Under the pieces are notes generated by a model that worked only from the letters and a program-made list of their open reading frames with translations, did not search any database and had not been told where the DNA came from. Shown here in pieces: positions 10,001 to 18,370 of a stretch of DNA of 64,000 nucleotides; position 1 is the stretch's first letter; the number at the start of each line of letters is the position of its first letter. The position numbers and the translations under genes were made by a program. Source of the stretch: an uncultured Candidatus Saccharibacteria bacterium (GTDB lineage Bacteria > Patescibacteriota > Minisyncoccia > Phycocordibacterales > PALSA-1337); NCBI GenBank assembly GCA_964412585.1, contig CAYPPJ010000001.1, forward strand, positions 84,151 through 148,150. The letters are read 5' to 3'.

Positions 10001-11089
10001 ATGGTTGGCCTGCTCTTCAGCGGTAATCTCATTTCGATCACCATTTTGTAATTCGAAATAGAGCGCATCAAAATGTGCATAACGATTTACATTTTTTGGC
10101 ACATGGAAAAACTTGGCATCAACTTTTCCGAGAGCACGAATAAACGCAGGATTTTTATATCCGGTCTCTTCGACAATCTCTGCAATCGCTGCTTCTTCGG
10201 GAGTCTGCTTCCCTTCGACCCCACCTGTGATAAGCGTCTGCCAATCTACCTTCTTCCATTTGAGACCAATATATTTATCCTCTGACCAATGCTTCACAAT
10301 CGCGACAATAGCTTTGCGCTCAACAAAAGGAAGCTCGTGTCTGACTGCACCAGGCTCTGTCGTCTGCGTAAAACAAGGCACATCATCAGTACCTTCGAGA
10401 ATGTCTCCTTTTGGCGTTACCCGTGCATTCAGACTATTCAATAGTCGATCAGCATATTTCGTAATAGCCAGCATCCATTGCTCTTTCTCTCGCTTTTCGA
10501 CTGGCGTACCGCAACGTTCACATTTTCCATCGATAACCTCTTCGTTGGCGAGACCGATCAGGTCTTTTGGACACCAATTGATGGTCATCTTCTTTTTGTA
10601 CGCCAGTCCTTTTTTGAAAAATTGAAGGAAAATCCACTGCGTCCACTTGTAATAAGCAGGATCTGTGGTGTTTATCTCCCTCGACCAATCAAATGAAATA
10701 CCGATAGACTGAATTTGCTTTCGAAATGTATCGGAGTTTTTCTTTGTTACAACACGTGGGTCCTGACCAGTCTTAATAGCATAGTTCTCTGTAGGCAATC
10801 CGAAGGCATCCCATCCAATCGGATACAAGACATTGTAACCCTGCGCGCGACGTTTGCGAGCAATAACATCCATAGCAATATATGGACGCGGATGTCCCAC
10901 ATGCAACCCGTCCCCAGATGGATACGGAAATTCAATGAGACCGTAGAATTTTTTCTTCGTTGAATCTTCTTTTACTTGATAGAGTTTCTTTTTCTCCCAA
11001 TATTTTTGCCACTTCGGCTCAATCTTTGTGTGGTCGTATGCACCGATGGTAGAAGCCATTTTTGTCGCTTTTGCTGAAGCTTTTATCAT
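7031..11089 (-). CDS. leuS: Leucine--tRNA ligase with inserted NUDIX (x2) and Ham1/ITPase-like domains
   Basis: FPYPSGDGLHVGH, FTTRPDTLFG, SRQRYWG and KMSKS motifs; 1352 aa, much longer than a typical bacterial LeuRS. Confidence 0.97.
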   Translation of the reverse strand: MIKASAKATKMASTIGAYDHTKIEPKWQKYWEKKKLYQVKEDSTKKKFYGLIEFPYPSGDGLHVGHPRPYIAMDVIARKRRAQGYNVLYPIGWDAFGLPTENYAIKTGQDPRVVTKKNSDTFRKQIQSIGISFDWSREINTTDPAYYKWTQWIFLQFFKKGLAYKKKMTINWCPKDLIGLANEEVIDGKCERCGTPVEKREKEQWMLAITKYADRLLNSLNARVTPKGDILEGTDDVPCFTQTTEPGAVRHELPFVERKAIVAIVKHWSEDKYIGLKWKKVDWQTLITGGVEGKQTPEEAAIAEIVEETGYKNPAFIRALGKVDAKFFHVPKNVNRYAHFDALYFELQNGDRNEITAEEQANHEVVWLSKEEMTAFVSPDSQRYVWAKFLNPAITAESFGKPLLDWKDAIKEQQRNWIGKSEGAELEFSIKSDVQKRRVLIGTRNEAKIMMVKTCLKDVSQLELISLNDLPPLDDSDLVEGNDHLANARLKSEYYFKKTGIPTISTDHVFWVEKWPTDGGVIHHIRKLANPKSGRATDEEVIEYTLKFLKGVGGASKAKFIYGLAFTDEKGTISAEQSPYEYYLQTERSEKSQPGYPMESLLKYVETGQFKVEQDESLRYKKTEELLKDTFVPRMVGSRRIKVFTTRPDTLFGVTYVVLAPEHTLVKELLSVVENKSEVELYIAKVKKESEMERTDATKEKTGVELKGVKAINPAKKEEVPVWIADYVLADYGKGAVMAVPAHDERDGMFAKKYGLPVREVVAPLINVTQGDFASRPGVKTVARECILAIVKHWEKDEFLCLKAPKHGWTTFVIGGIDPGEDPVEAAKREIIEETGFTDFVLVKKLGGHVYAKHFAPHKNENRSAMLDGYYFELKSGAQQPVAEHESNHQQISWVARKDIPTALYPKITDWAFWQRFVSPDASFVGDGILENSGSFSGKESSLVKKEITESVGGKWITTFKLRDWIFSRQRYWGEPIPVVNCQKCGLVPVPEKDLPIKLPSVKNYKPTETGESPLAAITAWVNTKCPQCKGPAQRETDTMPNWAGSSWYYLRYVDPKNKKVFADKKNLDYWTPVDWYNGGMEHTTLHLLYSRFWHKFLFDLGLVPTDEPYTKRTSHGLILAEGGVKMSKSKGNVINPDSIVATVGADSLRLYEMFMGPFDQPIAWDTNNIAGVRRFIERVWKLREKVVAQTDEKVGDVILVNKIIHKAIKKVSDDIEAMRFNTAISTLMITVNELEKVQVIDCEQYGVLLQLLAPFAPHVTEELWASLGNKKSINCAPWPVYDATLAADDEVTIIVQINGKMRGSFTVPTDSSQEELENRAKAIPEALKWIEGKEVKKIIVVPNKLVNIVVV

Positions 11090-11124
11090 AGGTCAAATAA
11101 TAGCTCAAAAAACCTTTATTTACA

Positions 11125-11156
11125 AAAAATCGCCACCTGCCTTACGGCAGATGGCA
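11125..11156 (-). terminator. Rho-independent terminator after the small-ORF cluster
   Basis: Minus strand GCCATCTGCC-GTAA-GGCAGGTGGC then GA and a T-run. Confidence 0.65.
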
Positions 11157-11173
11157 ACTGACATCTGATGAAA

Positions 11174-11389
11174 CTACGGTGCACTGGGAGGCAGATCATT
11201 TGACTGCTTGAACGCTCGTCGCACTGACGCGAGAAAACTCTCGGCGGTACGCGGCGTACTTCCAGGTGCCATGTCACTGCGAGTGGCGTGGGACTGGAAC
11301 GACAGGAACCGCGTAAAACTCATGGGTTGTGAGGAGAAGCCGGAGCGGCTCTGCCCCATTTTTTTTCGCGTAATAGGTGTAAAGATCAT
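11174..11389 (-). CDS. Small hypothetical protein (71 aa)
   Basis: ATG 5 nt after the stop of the preceding small ORF; followed by a terminator. Confidence 0.4.
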   Translation of the reverse strand: MIFTPITRKKMGQSRSGFSSQPMSFTRFLSFQSHATRSDMAPGSTPRTAESFLASVRRAFKQSNDLPPSAP

Positions 11390-11394
11390 ATTTG

Positions 11395-11559
11395 TTAATG
11401 GGTGTAGTAGGCGTACCAGTAGTAGCAGAGCCCAGTGGCCAACACTGCACAAACAATCACTACACCTAGAACCCAGCGTCCTTGGCGAGCAAACGTGTTG
11501 TTTTCATCGAGTGTTGATGGCGCTCGATCCCAAAAAGGGTGAAGGGGTATCTTGTTCAT
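11395..11559 (-). CDS. Small single-TM protein (54 aa)
   Basis: Manual translation MNKIPLHPFWDRAPSTLDENNTFARQGRWVLGVVIVCAVLATGLCYYWYAYYTH; starts 1 nt after the previous stop. Confidence 0.5.
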   Translation of the reverse strand: MNKIPLHPFWDRAPSTLDENNTFARQGRWVLGVVIVCAVLATGLCYYWYAYYTH

Positions 11560-11560
11560 A

Positions 11561-11707
11561 TCACGCCTTCCGGCACGACGAGGTGACTTGATTATCCGGC
11601 AGCAAGAATGCGAACATCACAACTGCTGTTAAACAGACAGCGAGCAGTACGCATCCGAGCGCGACTTTCACTCCAATCAATGATAGTACTCCGACACTAC
11701 TTGTCAT
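11561..11707 (-). CDS. Small hydrophobic protein (48 aa)
   Basis: Manual translation MTSSVGVLSLIGVKVALGCVLLAVCLTAVVMFAFLLPDNQVTSSCRKA; GGAGGA Shine-Dalgarno just upstream. Confidence 0.5.
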   Translation of the reverse strand: MTSSVGVLSLIGVKVALGCVLLAVCLTAVVMFAFLLPDNQVTSSCRKA

Positions 11708-11818
11708 GAATCCTCCAGGGTTTGACTGAGTTTAATGTTGAAAAACCAATGGAATACACGCCCTACGACAACGTACATTCCGCCGAGATTTATAGCATAT
11801 TTAGGTTGTACTGGGAAG

Positions 11819-12916
11819 TTAGATTTTAAACTCCATCACATCCCCATCTTTGACAATATATTCCTTCCCTTCAGTCCTCAAAAGTCCCTTTTCGCGAGCG
11901 GCACCAAATGAGCCCGACTCGATCAGTTTGTCCCACTCGATAACTTCTGCACGAATAAATTTATCCTTGAAATCACCATGAATAGCTGTACCTGCTTCTG
12001 GTGCAGTCCAGCCACGATGAATAGTCCAAGCACGAGTTTCTTTTTCTCCGGTCGTAAAATAAGTAATCAGATTGAGCAATTCGTACCCTTTTTTGATGAG
12101 GTCATCAATACCATCCTCCTTGGCACCGAGTCCTTCGCGAAGCTCCTGTTTCTCTTTGTCATCAATATCTTTGAGCTCGTGTTCAATGCCCGCGTCCACA
12201 ATGACCCACTTTGCACCGTTCTCTTTGAAGAATGCAATGAGTTTCTGATAACGTTCATCATTCAGTTCATCAAGATTTTTGCCGCCTGATTTTTTATTCA
12301 ACACATACATGAATGGCTTTGAGGTAAGCAGGTGGAGCGACTTTACGAAAGGAGCTTCAAATTCATCAGGAACGACTGTTGATGCTAACTTCCCTGCCTT
12401 GAGTGCGACCAAAATCTTTTCAACGAGGCCATTTTCGAGGATAGCTTCCTTTTTGCCCGACTTTACTTCTTTGGCCAAACTTCCGTGACGCTTGGTGACT
12501 GTCTGGAGATCAGCAAGAATAAGTTCGAGGTTGATAACTTCAATATCTTTGAGAGGATTGATCTTTCCATCAACGTGAATAATGTTGTCATCTTCAAAAA
12601 TGCGAACGACTTCTGCGATAGCGTCCGTTTCACGAATGTTTGTGAGAAATTGGTTGCCGAGTCCCTCACCATCTGAAGCACCTTTCACCAGGCCGGCAAT
12701 ATCCACGAACTCAACCACCGCAGGAACTGTCTTTTGAGTTTTAGAAAATTCAGAGAGTTTCCAGAGACGTTCGTCAGGCACCGCAACAACGCCGACAGAC
12801 GGGTCAATGGTCGCAAAGGGATAGTTTGCAACAAGAACGCTCTTTCGAGTCAGAGCGTTGAAAAGTGTTGATTTGCCGACGTTTGGGAGGCCGACGATGC
12901 CGATGGAGAGAGACAT
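11819..12916 (-). CDS. ychF: Redox-regulated ribosome-binding ATPase YchF
   Basis: [28 protein letters not shown] and [12 protein letters not shown] motifs. Confidence 0.97.
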   Translation of the reverse strand: MSLSIGIVGLPNVGKSTLFNALTRKSVLVANYPFATIDPSVGVVAVPDERLWKLSEFSKTQKTVPAVVEFVDIAGLVKGASDGEGLGNQFLTNIRETDAIAEVVRIFEDDNIIHVDGKINPLKDIEVINLELILADLQTVTKRHGSLAKEVKSGKKEAILENGLVEKILVALKAGKLASTVVPDEFEAPFVKSLHLLTSKPFMYVLNKKSGGKNLDELNDERYQKLIAFFKENGAKWVIVDAGIEHELKDIDDKEKQELREGLGAKEDGIDDLIKKGYELLNLITYFTTGEKETRAWTIHRGWTAPEAGTAIHGDFKDKFIRAEVIEWDKLIESGSFGAAREKGLLRTEGKEYIVKDGDVMEFKI

Positions 12917-13051
12917 GGGTAGAAATATAGCCTATTTATTGAATTTTAGGAAATTCTAATAAGCCCATACGCCCAAGGTTGACAGAAGTTATTTCTAATG
13001 TTAAATATTACTTAATGAAAGGATTGGTTCCTTGCCAATAATTGTTGACGT

Positions 13052-13459
13052 ATGAGCCCTCAAACAAAAGCGATCCTTGCCGGTTTTTTCTTTGGACTGT
13101 ATCCACTGATACTCAAGCACAGCAAGCTCAGTGGTAACATGACCTCTCTCCTGTTCACCTTCGCTGTCTTTACGGTCATTGTCCCTTTCGCATGGAAGGA
13201 ACTGACCACGATCCAGCAGACATTCTGGCCTGCCATCATCGGCGCAGGGATAGCAAGTGGTTTTGGCATGCTCTGCATGACGAGCATGCTGGCACAAACA
13301 CCACAGGAACGAATTGGCATGCTCATCCTGGCCATGATCGTGACACAGAGCGTCGTCACGGTGATATTCCAAATCGTGATTGATAAGGGAATCACTTTAA
13401 CCAAAGTTATTGGTTTTGTGTGTGCCGGCGTTGCGATCGTTCTGCTCAACAAGAAATGA
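13052..13459 (+). CDS. Small DMT/EamA-like membrane protein (~5 TM)
   Basis: Hydrophobic 135-aa ORF ending KVIGFVCAGVAIVLL, typical of an EamA half. Confidence 0.65.
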   Translation: MSPQTKAILAGFFFGLYPLILKHSKLSGNMTSLLFTFAVFTVIVPFAWKELTTIQQTFWPAIIGAGIASGFGMLCMTSMLAQTPQERIGMLILAMIVTQSVVTVIFQIVIDKGITLTKVIGFVCAGVAIVLLNKK

Positions 13460-13528
13460 TTTCGTTATTTGGCTCCCACGAAAGACCACGCGCGGTATTC
13501 AGTTACTCGGTGGCCACATAGTGGACGC

Positions 13529-13583
13529 CCCCATCAGTGAGAACAGCGTACTCCGTTACGCACTCTCGCTGGTGGGATTTTTT
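13529..13583 (+). terminator. Long hairpin terminator
   Basis: CCCATCAGTGAGA...TCTCGCTGGTGGG followed by A and a T-run. Confidence 0.6.
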
Positions 13584-13630
13584 ATATAAATTTGACAAAA
13601 ACTTATTTTCAATTTCCTTTTTTAAAGTTC

Positions 13631-13658
13631 TTGACGTTTTTAAAAAAAAGAGTAATCT
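13631..13658 (+). promoter_or_regulatory. Sigma70-like promoter for the candidate ncRNA
   Basis: TTGACG-16 nt-TAATCT in an AT-rich tract; a second TTGACA lies ~40 nt upstream. Confidence 0.55.
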
Positions 13659-13664
13659 CTTGGA

Positions 13665-14184
13665 CAGGTCCGTTCTTTTGAACAACCTTTGGTCCTGTAG
13701 GATTAACGATCCTAGAACCATTGAAGCTCGAAGAGACGCTCGATGATCCGGCCGAAAGGTTGGAGGAGCTGACAGCGGAGCCATTCATAAAGTGACCGTG
13801 GGTTGGTAGTTTTTCAATCCATACTTCACTCGGAGAACCACTCCCTTACACCATGTATACCTGACATGGCGGCTCGCAAGAGCCCTAGAGTCAGACTTCC
13901 ATACACGAAGTAAGCTAAAACAACCAGAAGGTCCTGCAAGGGCTGGAGGTTGAGCGGGAACGATCCGCTATGAGTTACGCATCCAATTGCGTAACAGGAA
14001 CAAACAAGTCCCCGATGAGCTCACAGACATCTTGGAGAGGACCTGGAAAACCTCACTCGATGATGCTCATATCGTAGCAATACGATGACTCTGGAATGGA
14101 ACTGGTCTATCGCATGACTGGTTCGGTACCGGAAACTCTTCACTTTCCCTGGCGTTGCTCTCGAAGCGACGCCTGTTTTTATTT
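13665..14184 (+). ncRNA. Candidate large structured non-coding RNA (~500 nt), family not recognised
   Basis: No credible ORF; more than 10 local hairpins; GNRA loops at 13754, 13876 and 14077; nested long-range helices; flanked by a promoter and a terminator. Confidence 0.7.
14151..14184 (+). terminator. Rho-independent terminator
   Basis: GGCGTTGCT-CTCGA-AGCGACGCC-TGTTTTTATTT. Confidence 0.75.
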
Positions 14185-14412
14185 ACCCAAACTTCCCATC
14201 ACCCGTTTCATATCTTCTCCACCTTCCTGCATCACCGCCTTTGCAGCATCCTCCTGACTCATACCAAGCTTCATCTTGGCTTGAATAGACTCTGCCATCT
14301 GTTTGAAGAAATCTGGATTCTTTTCAATCATCTCAAAAATCTTGTTGAGTTCTCCTTCTGGAACCCCTTTCATTTGTCTCTTGATTAAGGCTTTAGTGAA
14401 AAAATTAAGCAT
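14179..14412 (-). CDS. Small conserved hypothetical protein (77 aa)
   Basis: Helical Met/Lys/Gln-rich ORF (IEKNPDFFKQMAESIQAKMK), CPR-type. Confidence 0.7.
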   Translation of the reverse strand: MLNFFTKALIKRQMKGVPEGELNKIFEMIEKNPDFFKQMAESIQAKMKLGMSQEDAAKAVMQEGGEDMKRVMGSLGK

Positions 14413-14550
14413 GTGAATTGCGTCTATATTCTTCTAATATGGCGAATGGTACAATTAATCTGAGTCGCAGAACCTATACTCCGTCGGTCAAAAGCGAATC
14501 GGGTGATTCGTTGTCGGTACGAGGATGGCAACAACCATCCCCACTTCTTA

Positions 14551-16002
14551 TTATCGAGGCTTCATCAATGGAAACATCTGTGTCTCACGGAGTGGCTTAT
14601 CGATCAAGAATGCAAACAATCTCTCACCAAATCCAAACCCACATGTTGGTGGCATACCATGTTCGAGCATCTCCACGAACTCATGGTCGGGCATCATGGC
14701 TTCGGTATCGCCCTTGTCGATAAGTTTCTGCTGTTCAGCGAAACGGTTTGCCTGATCGATAGGATCATTGAGCTCAGAATAGCCTCGGCCGAGCTCGCTG
14801 CCAGCGATAATGGGCTGGAACATTTGGACGACAGGTTTTCCTACAACACTCTTGGCCAACGGCGCAACAAGAACAGGGTGATTGATGAGAAATGCAGGAC
14901 CAGTGATGTTTTTACGGCAATATTTCCACAAGGTATCAGTCAAACGTTCCCGATTGGTACCGTCATATTTAACCTTGAGACCGTTGAGCTTATTCATCAT
15001 ATCCTTTTCTGATGCTGAAGTGATATCTATGCCCGTTTGTTTCTTTATCTCTTCTGCATAATCAATCTTCACCCATTCATCCGCAAGATCAAAGGTGTGT
15101 CCACGAGTCGTGAACTTTGTGGTGCCAAAAACTTCGGAAGCAATCTTTCGATACATCTCCTGAACAAGCTTCATGCCATCATTGTAGTCAGCATATGACC
15201 AATAGAACTCCATATTGGTGAACTCTTGCGCATGTTCAGGACTGGTGCCTTCATTGCGATAGACACGACCAATCTCAAAGGTCTTTGGAAAACCTCCGGC
15301 CATCAACCTCTTTTGCCACAATTCCCCTACCGAAATACGCAAATAGACATCGAGGTCATAGTCATTATGGTGAGTTTTGAATGGAGTCGCTTCGGCACCA
15401 CCTGTAGTCGTCTCCAGCGTTGGTGTTTCGACTTCCAAAAATCCATTGTCATTCATAAATTGCCTCGTAACGTTCCAAAACTTTGCTTTTTTGAGAAAAA
15501 CATCACGAAGCTCTGGTGTCATAATGAAATCCAAATATCTCTTTCGGAATTTTTCATCAGGATCTGTGATACCATGCCATTTTTCCGGCAATGGTAGCAA
15601 TGACTTTGAAGCCATGGTCCATGATGTCACCAAAATACTCTGTTCACCTCTTTGGGTCGTGAAGCATGTACCTGAGACACTGATAATGTCACCAATATCA
15701 ACGGCGTTCGTGAATAATTCAAATAAATCGGGCTTCAAAATATCCTTCTTTATAACTGCTTGAAAAGTAGCCTTGCCATCATCAAGTACAACAAATGAAA
15801 TGGCGCCCGCACCGCGAATAGCCATAATACGGCCAGCAAGATTAATTACCTTTTGAGACTTTTCGTATTCAGCAAAATGGGCCTTGGCATCCTTGAGACA
15901 GTGGTCGCGAGGGACTTTTGCTGGATATGCTTCCATGCTGGCCTTTTTGAGAAGGTCGATCTTGGCGAGCCTGGTTGCGCGAAGTTCGTCAATTGAAGCC
16001 AT
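14551..16002 (-). CDS. lysS: Lysine--tRNA ligase (class II)
   Basis: LPLPEKWHG, RKRYLD, GGAEATPF, YRNEG, GMPPTCGFGFG motifs. Confidence 0.97.
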   Translation of the reverse strand: MASIDELRATRLAKIDLLKKASMEAYPAKVPRDHCLKDAKAHFAEYEKSQKVINLAGRIMAIRGAGAISFVVLDDGKATFQAVIKKDILKPDLFELFTNAVDIGDIISVSGTCFTTQRGEQSILVTSWTMASKSLLPLPEKWHGITDPDEKFRKRYLDFIMTPELRDVFLKKAKFWNVTRQFMNDNGFLEVETPTLETTTGGAEATPFKTHHNDYDLDVYLRISVGELWQKRLMAGGFPKTFEIGRVYRNEGTSPEHAQEFTNMEFYWSYADYNDGMKLVQEMYRKIASEVFGTTKFTTRGHTFDLADEWVKIDYAEEIKKQTGIDITSASEKDMMNKLNGLKVKYDGTNRERLTDTLWKYCRKNITGPAFLINHPVLVAPLAKSVVGKPVVQMFQPIIAGSELGRGYSELNDPIDQANRFAEQQKLIDKGDTEAMMPDHEFVEMLEHGMPPTCGFGFGERLFAFLIDKPLRETQMFPLMKPR

Positions 16003-16007
16003 GAAAG

Positions 16008-16475
16008 TTATTTTAGAGCGGCAATAGTATAGGTCACGCTTCCCTTTGGAGCGTTGACTGTGATTTTCTCACCTTCTTTATGACCGAGTAGCGCAGCTCC
16101 GAGGGGCGACATATTGGAAACCTTGCCCTGAGTCATATCGGCCTCTTCAGAACCAACGATCGTGTAGAGGTACGACTTATTTTCACCATCCTTTGTAAGA
16201 CGTACGGTAGATCCGACAGTGATGATTTCACCGCCAGCGGCACTCATAATAGTCGCATTCTTGAGAAGGTTCTCGAGACGTCCAATACGGTCCTCAACCT
16301 CAGCCTGCGTCTCTCGTGCCTGGTGGTACTCAGCATTCTCAGAAAGATCGCCGAGTTTCTTGGCATATTCGAGTTGGTCTGCCACCTCTTTGCGTCGTTG
16401 TGTCTTCAAGAAATCAAGTTCCTTTTTTAGTTCCGCAAATTTTTCGTTGGTGAGATATTGGGTTTCGGTGGCCAT
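16008..16475 (-). CDS. greA: Transcription elongation factor GreA
   Basis: GDLSENAEYH and SPLGAALLG motifs. Confidence 0.97.
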   Translation of the reverse strand: MATETQYLTNEKFAELKKELDFLKTQRRKEVADQLEYAKKLGDLSENAEYHQARETQAEVEDRIGRLENLLKNATIMSAAGGEIITVGSTVRLTKDGENKSYLYTIVGSEEADMTQGKVSNMSPLGAALLGHKEGEKITVNAPKGSVTYTIAALK

Positions 16476-16601
16476 AAAAAATAAAAAGCACTTAGGTTAG
16501 TAAGCAATTAGTCCCATTCTAGCACATTGACCCCACAATTCAACCCACGGGCCATGCGAGCGGAGCCGTGCCCGGATGGGTACAACCCGCGAATACACAG
16601 T

Positions 16602-18329
16602 TTAGGGCTTGAAATACTCGGGTGTATGTTCATTCATCCAGTCCAATTGCTGTCTCATGGCCGTGCTCGCACCTATTGTATTGTGGATAGACCCTTTTTC
16701 TAACATGACTGCAAAGGCGTACTTGGGGTTCTCATACGGCCAAAAACCAGTAATCCACGAGTTGATATGATCTTTTGCGACACCGAGCTCAGCAGTACCT
16801 GATTTGCTCGCAATACTCACATAAGGAACCTTGAGTACTGGGCTAGTGCCTGTTGTGACCGCCATCCTCATACCCTCACGCACAATTTCAAAATTTTTCT
16901 GAGGAATGGCATCAATGAACCGTTCGATGTGAGGACCGTCATCTTTTATGATGGTCGGAATAAGAAGTAATCCGCTATTTGCGATAGCAGCTACGGCGCG
17001 AGCCATTTGCATGGGCGTCACTTGAAAACCATACTGTCCGATAGATGTGTGGTAGGTATTACCAAGGTACCAATCCTCATTGAATGTCGCCTTTTTCCAT
17101 TCAGGCGTGGGTACTGTACCTGCTTTTCCTTGCACAAACGAATCAGGGATACGAGAACCCAAACCAAACATGCTTACATATTTATCAATATTGGCGATAC
17201 CAAGACCTCTTTGGTCTTTGTACCCTCCGCCAACAATATAAAAATAAGCGTCAGATGAAACAGACAAGGCCTTGCGAAGATCGAGCGCGCCATTATTTCT
17301 CCAATCCTTGAACACTGTACTTTTTGTTGGATCGTAGGGATTTGGGATCGAAATGGATCCTGTGGTGTACAAAATAGTTTCAGGGTCAATAACTTTTTCG
17401 GTAAGCACACCGAGGGCAACATACGGTTTAACCGTCGAACCGGGAGCATACAGTCCATCTACTGCCCTATTGAGAAATGGGAGTTCTTTATCAGTAAGTA
17501 ACGCCCGAATACGATCGCTGTCAGTGCGGTCGGACATAACCTGAGGACTATATTCTGGATAACTCGTAAGAGCGATAATTTCTCCTGTATGAACATCGAG
17601 AATGACGGCCGCGCCACCATCAAAATGAGCGCGACTCAGGATGTCCTTGATATTGCTGTACAAGGCGGATTGCACACGAGTGTCAATAGACAACTTAACT
17701 GATTTTCCTTGGACAGGCGGACGCACAACATTTTCAGAAACCACCACACCTCGCGCATCGACCTCGACGAGTCGTGAGCCATTATTTCCCTGTAGGTCAG
17801 CGTCAAAATATTTTTCAGCGCCCGCGACTCCCTCAAAATCATCCTGGTAGTAAAAACCATTTTTATCCTTTGAAGGATATTTTACATAACCGATGACATG
17901 TGCCAATCCTGTGGACGTTGCATATTGACGAGTCGCCACTGATTCATCACTCGATGTTGCGGTTGTTGTCGGAGCTGGCGCATTCCATGCTAATAATTTT
18001 CCATTGCGATCCTCCAGCACTCCCCGACCAGCAAATATAGGAACTGGTCTCAGAAGATTTTTCTCACTGCGTGTTCGATACTCTTCTCCATGCGTAATCT
18101 GCAGGTTCCACGCTTGGACAATAAAAACACAGGCGAGAACAATAAATACAAATCCCGTTGAATACAGAGCGACAGTTGAAATAGGCCGCTCGAGCCTCCC
18201 TTCAAACTGATCTGTATCAAATGCAGGAATATTACTCGAGTCGAGCATTACTTCATCGGGCGCTATTTCGACTATCTTTCTACGCCTTGACCTGCGCCAC
18301 ACTGCAAATATGTTCCATGAAAAAGGCAT
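16602..18329 (-). CDS. mrdA: Penicillin-binding protein 2 (class B transpeptidase)
   Basis: RGVLEDRNG, GSTVK (SxxK), SSD and KSGTAE motifs; downstream of mreBC. Confidence 0.9.
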   Translation of the reverse strand: MPFSWNIFAVWRRSRRRKIVEIAPDEVMLDSSNIPAFDTDQFEGRLERPISTVALYSTGFVFIVLACVFIVQAWNLQITHGEEYRTRSEKNLLRPVPIFAGRGVLEDRNGKLLAWNAPAPTTTATSSDESVATRQYATSTGLAHVIGYVKYPSKDKNGFYYQDDFEGVAGAEKYFDADLQGNNGSRLVEVDARGVVVSENVVRPPVQGKSVKLSIDTRVQSALYSNIKDILSRAHFDGGAAVILDVHTGEIIALTSYPEYSPQVMSDRTDSDRIRALLTDKELPFLNRAVDGLYAPGSTVKPYVALGVLTEKVIDPETILYTTGSISIPNPYDPTKSTVFKDWRNNGALDLRKALSVSSDAYFYIVGGGYKDQRGLGIANIDKYVSMFGLGSRIPDSFVQGKAGTVPTPEWKKATFNEDWYLGNTYHTSIGQYGFQVTPMQMARAVAAIANSGLLLIPTIIKDDGPHIERFIDAIPQKNFEIVREGMRMAVTTGTSPVLKVPYVSIASKSGTAELGVAKDHINSWITGFWPYENPKYAFAVMLEKGSIHNTIGASTAMRQQLDWMNEHTPEYFKP

Positions 18330-18370
18330 ACCGCAATACTATCATAGCCACACGCTTTTAAAATGCGCTT

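Noticed and set aside
8200-10450. LeuRS inserts as inteins
   Set aside because: No Cys/Ser start with His-Asn end splice motifs or LAGLIDADG blocks; the inserts carry NUDIX and Ham1-like motifs instead.
13503-13784. 93-aa (-) and 69-aa (+) ORFs in the track
   Set aside because: They cross a terminator and an AT-rich promoter and have no protein-like features; likely spurious.
13665-14184. Large RNA candidate as RNase P, tmRNA or a group II intron
   Set aside because: No GAGGAAAGUCC or ACAGAA..GGCUUA elements, no tRNA-like ends with CCA, no recognisable domain V, and it does not interrupt a gene. A covariance search is still needed.
16544-16600. GC-rich stretch upstream of greA as a riboswitch or attenuator
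   Set aside because: Only a short CGGGC/GCCCG pairing; no recognisable aptamer or U-tract.
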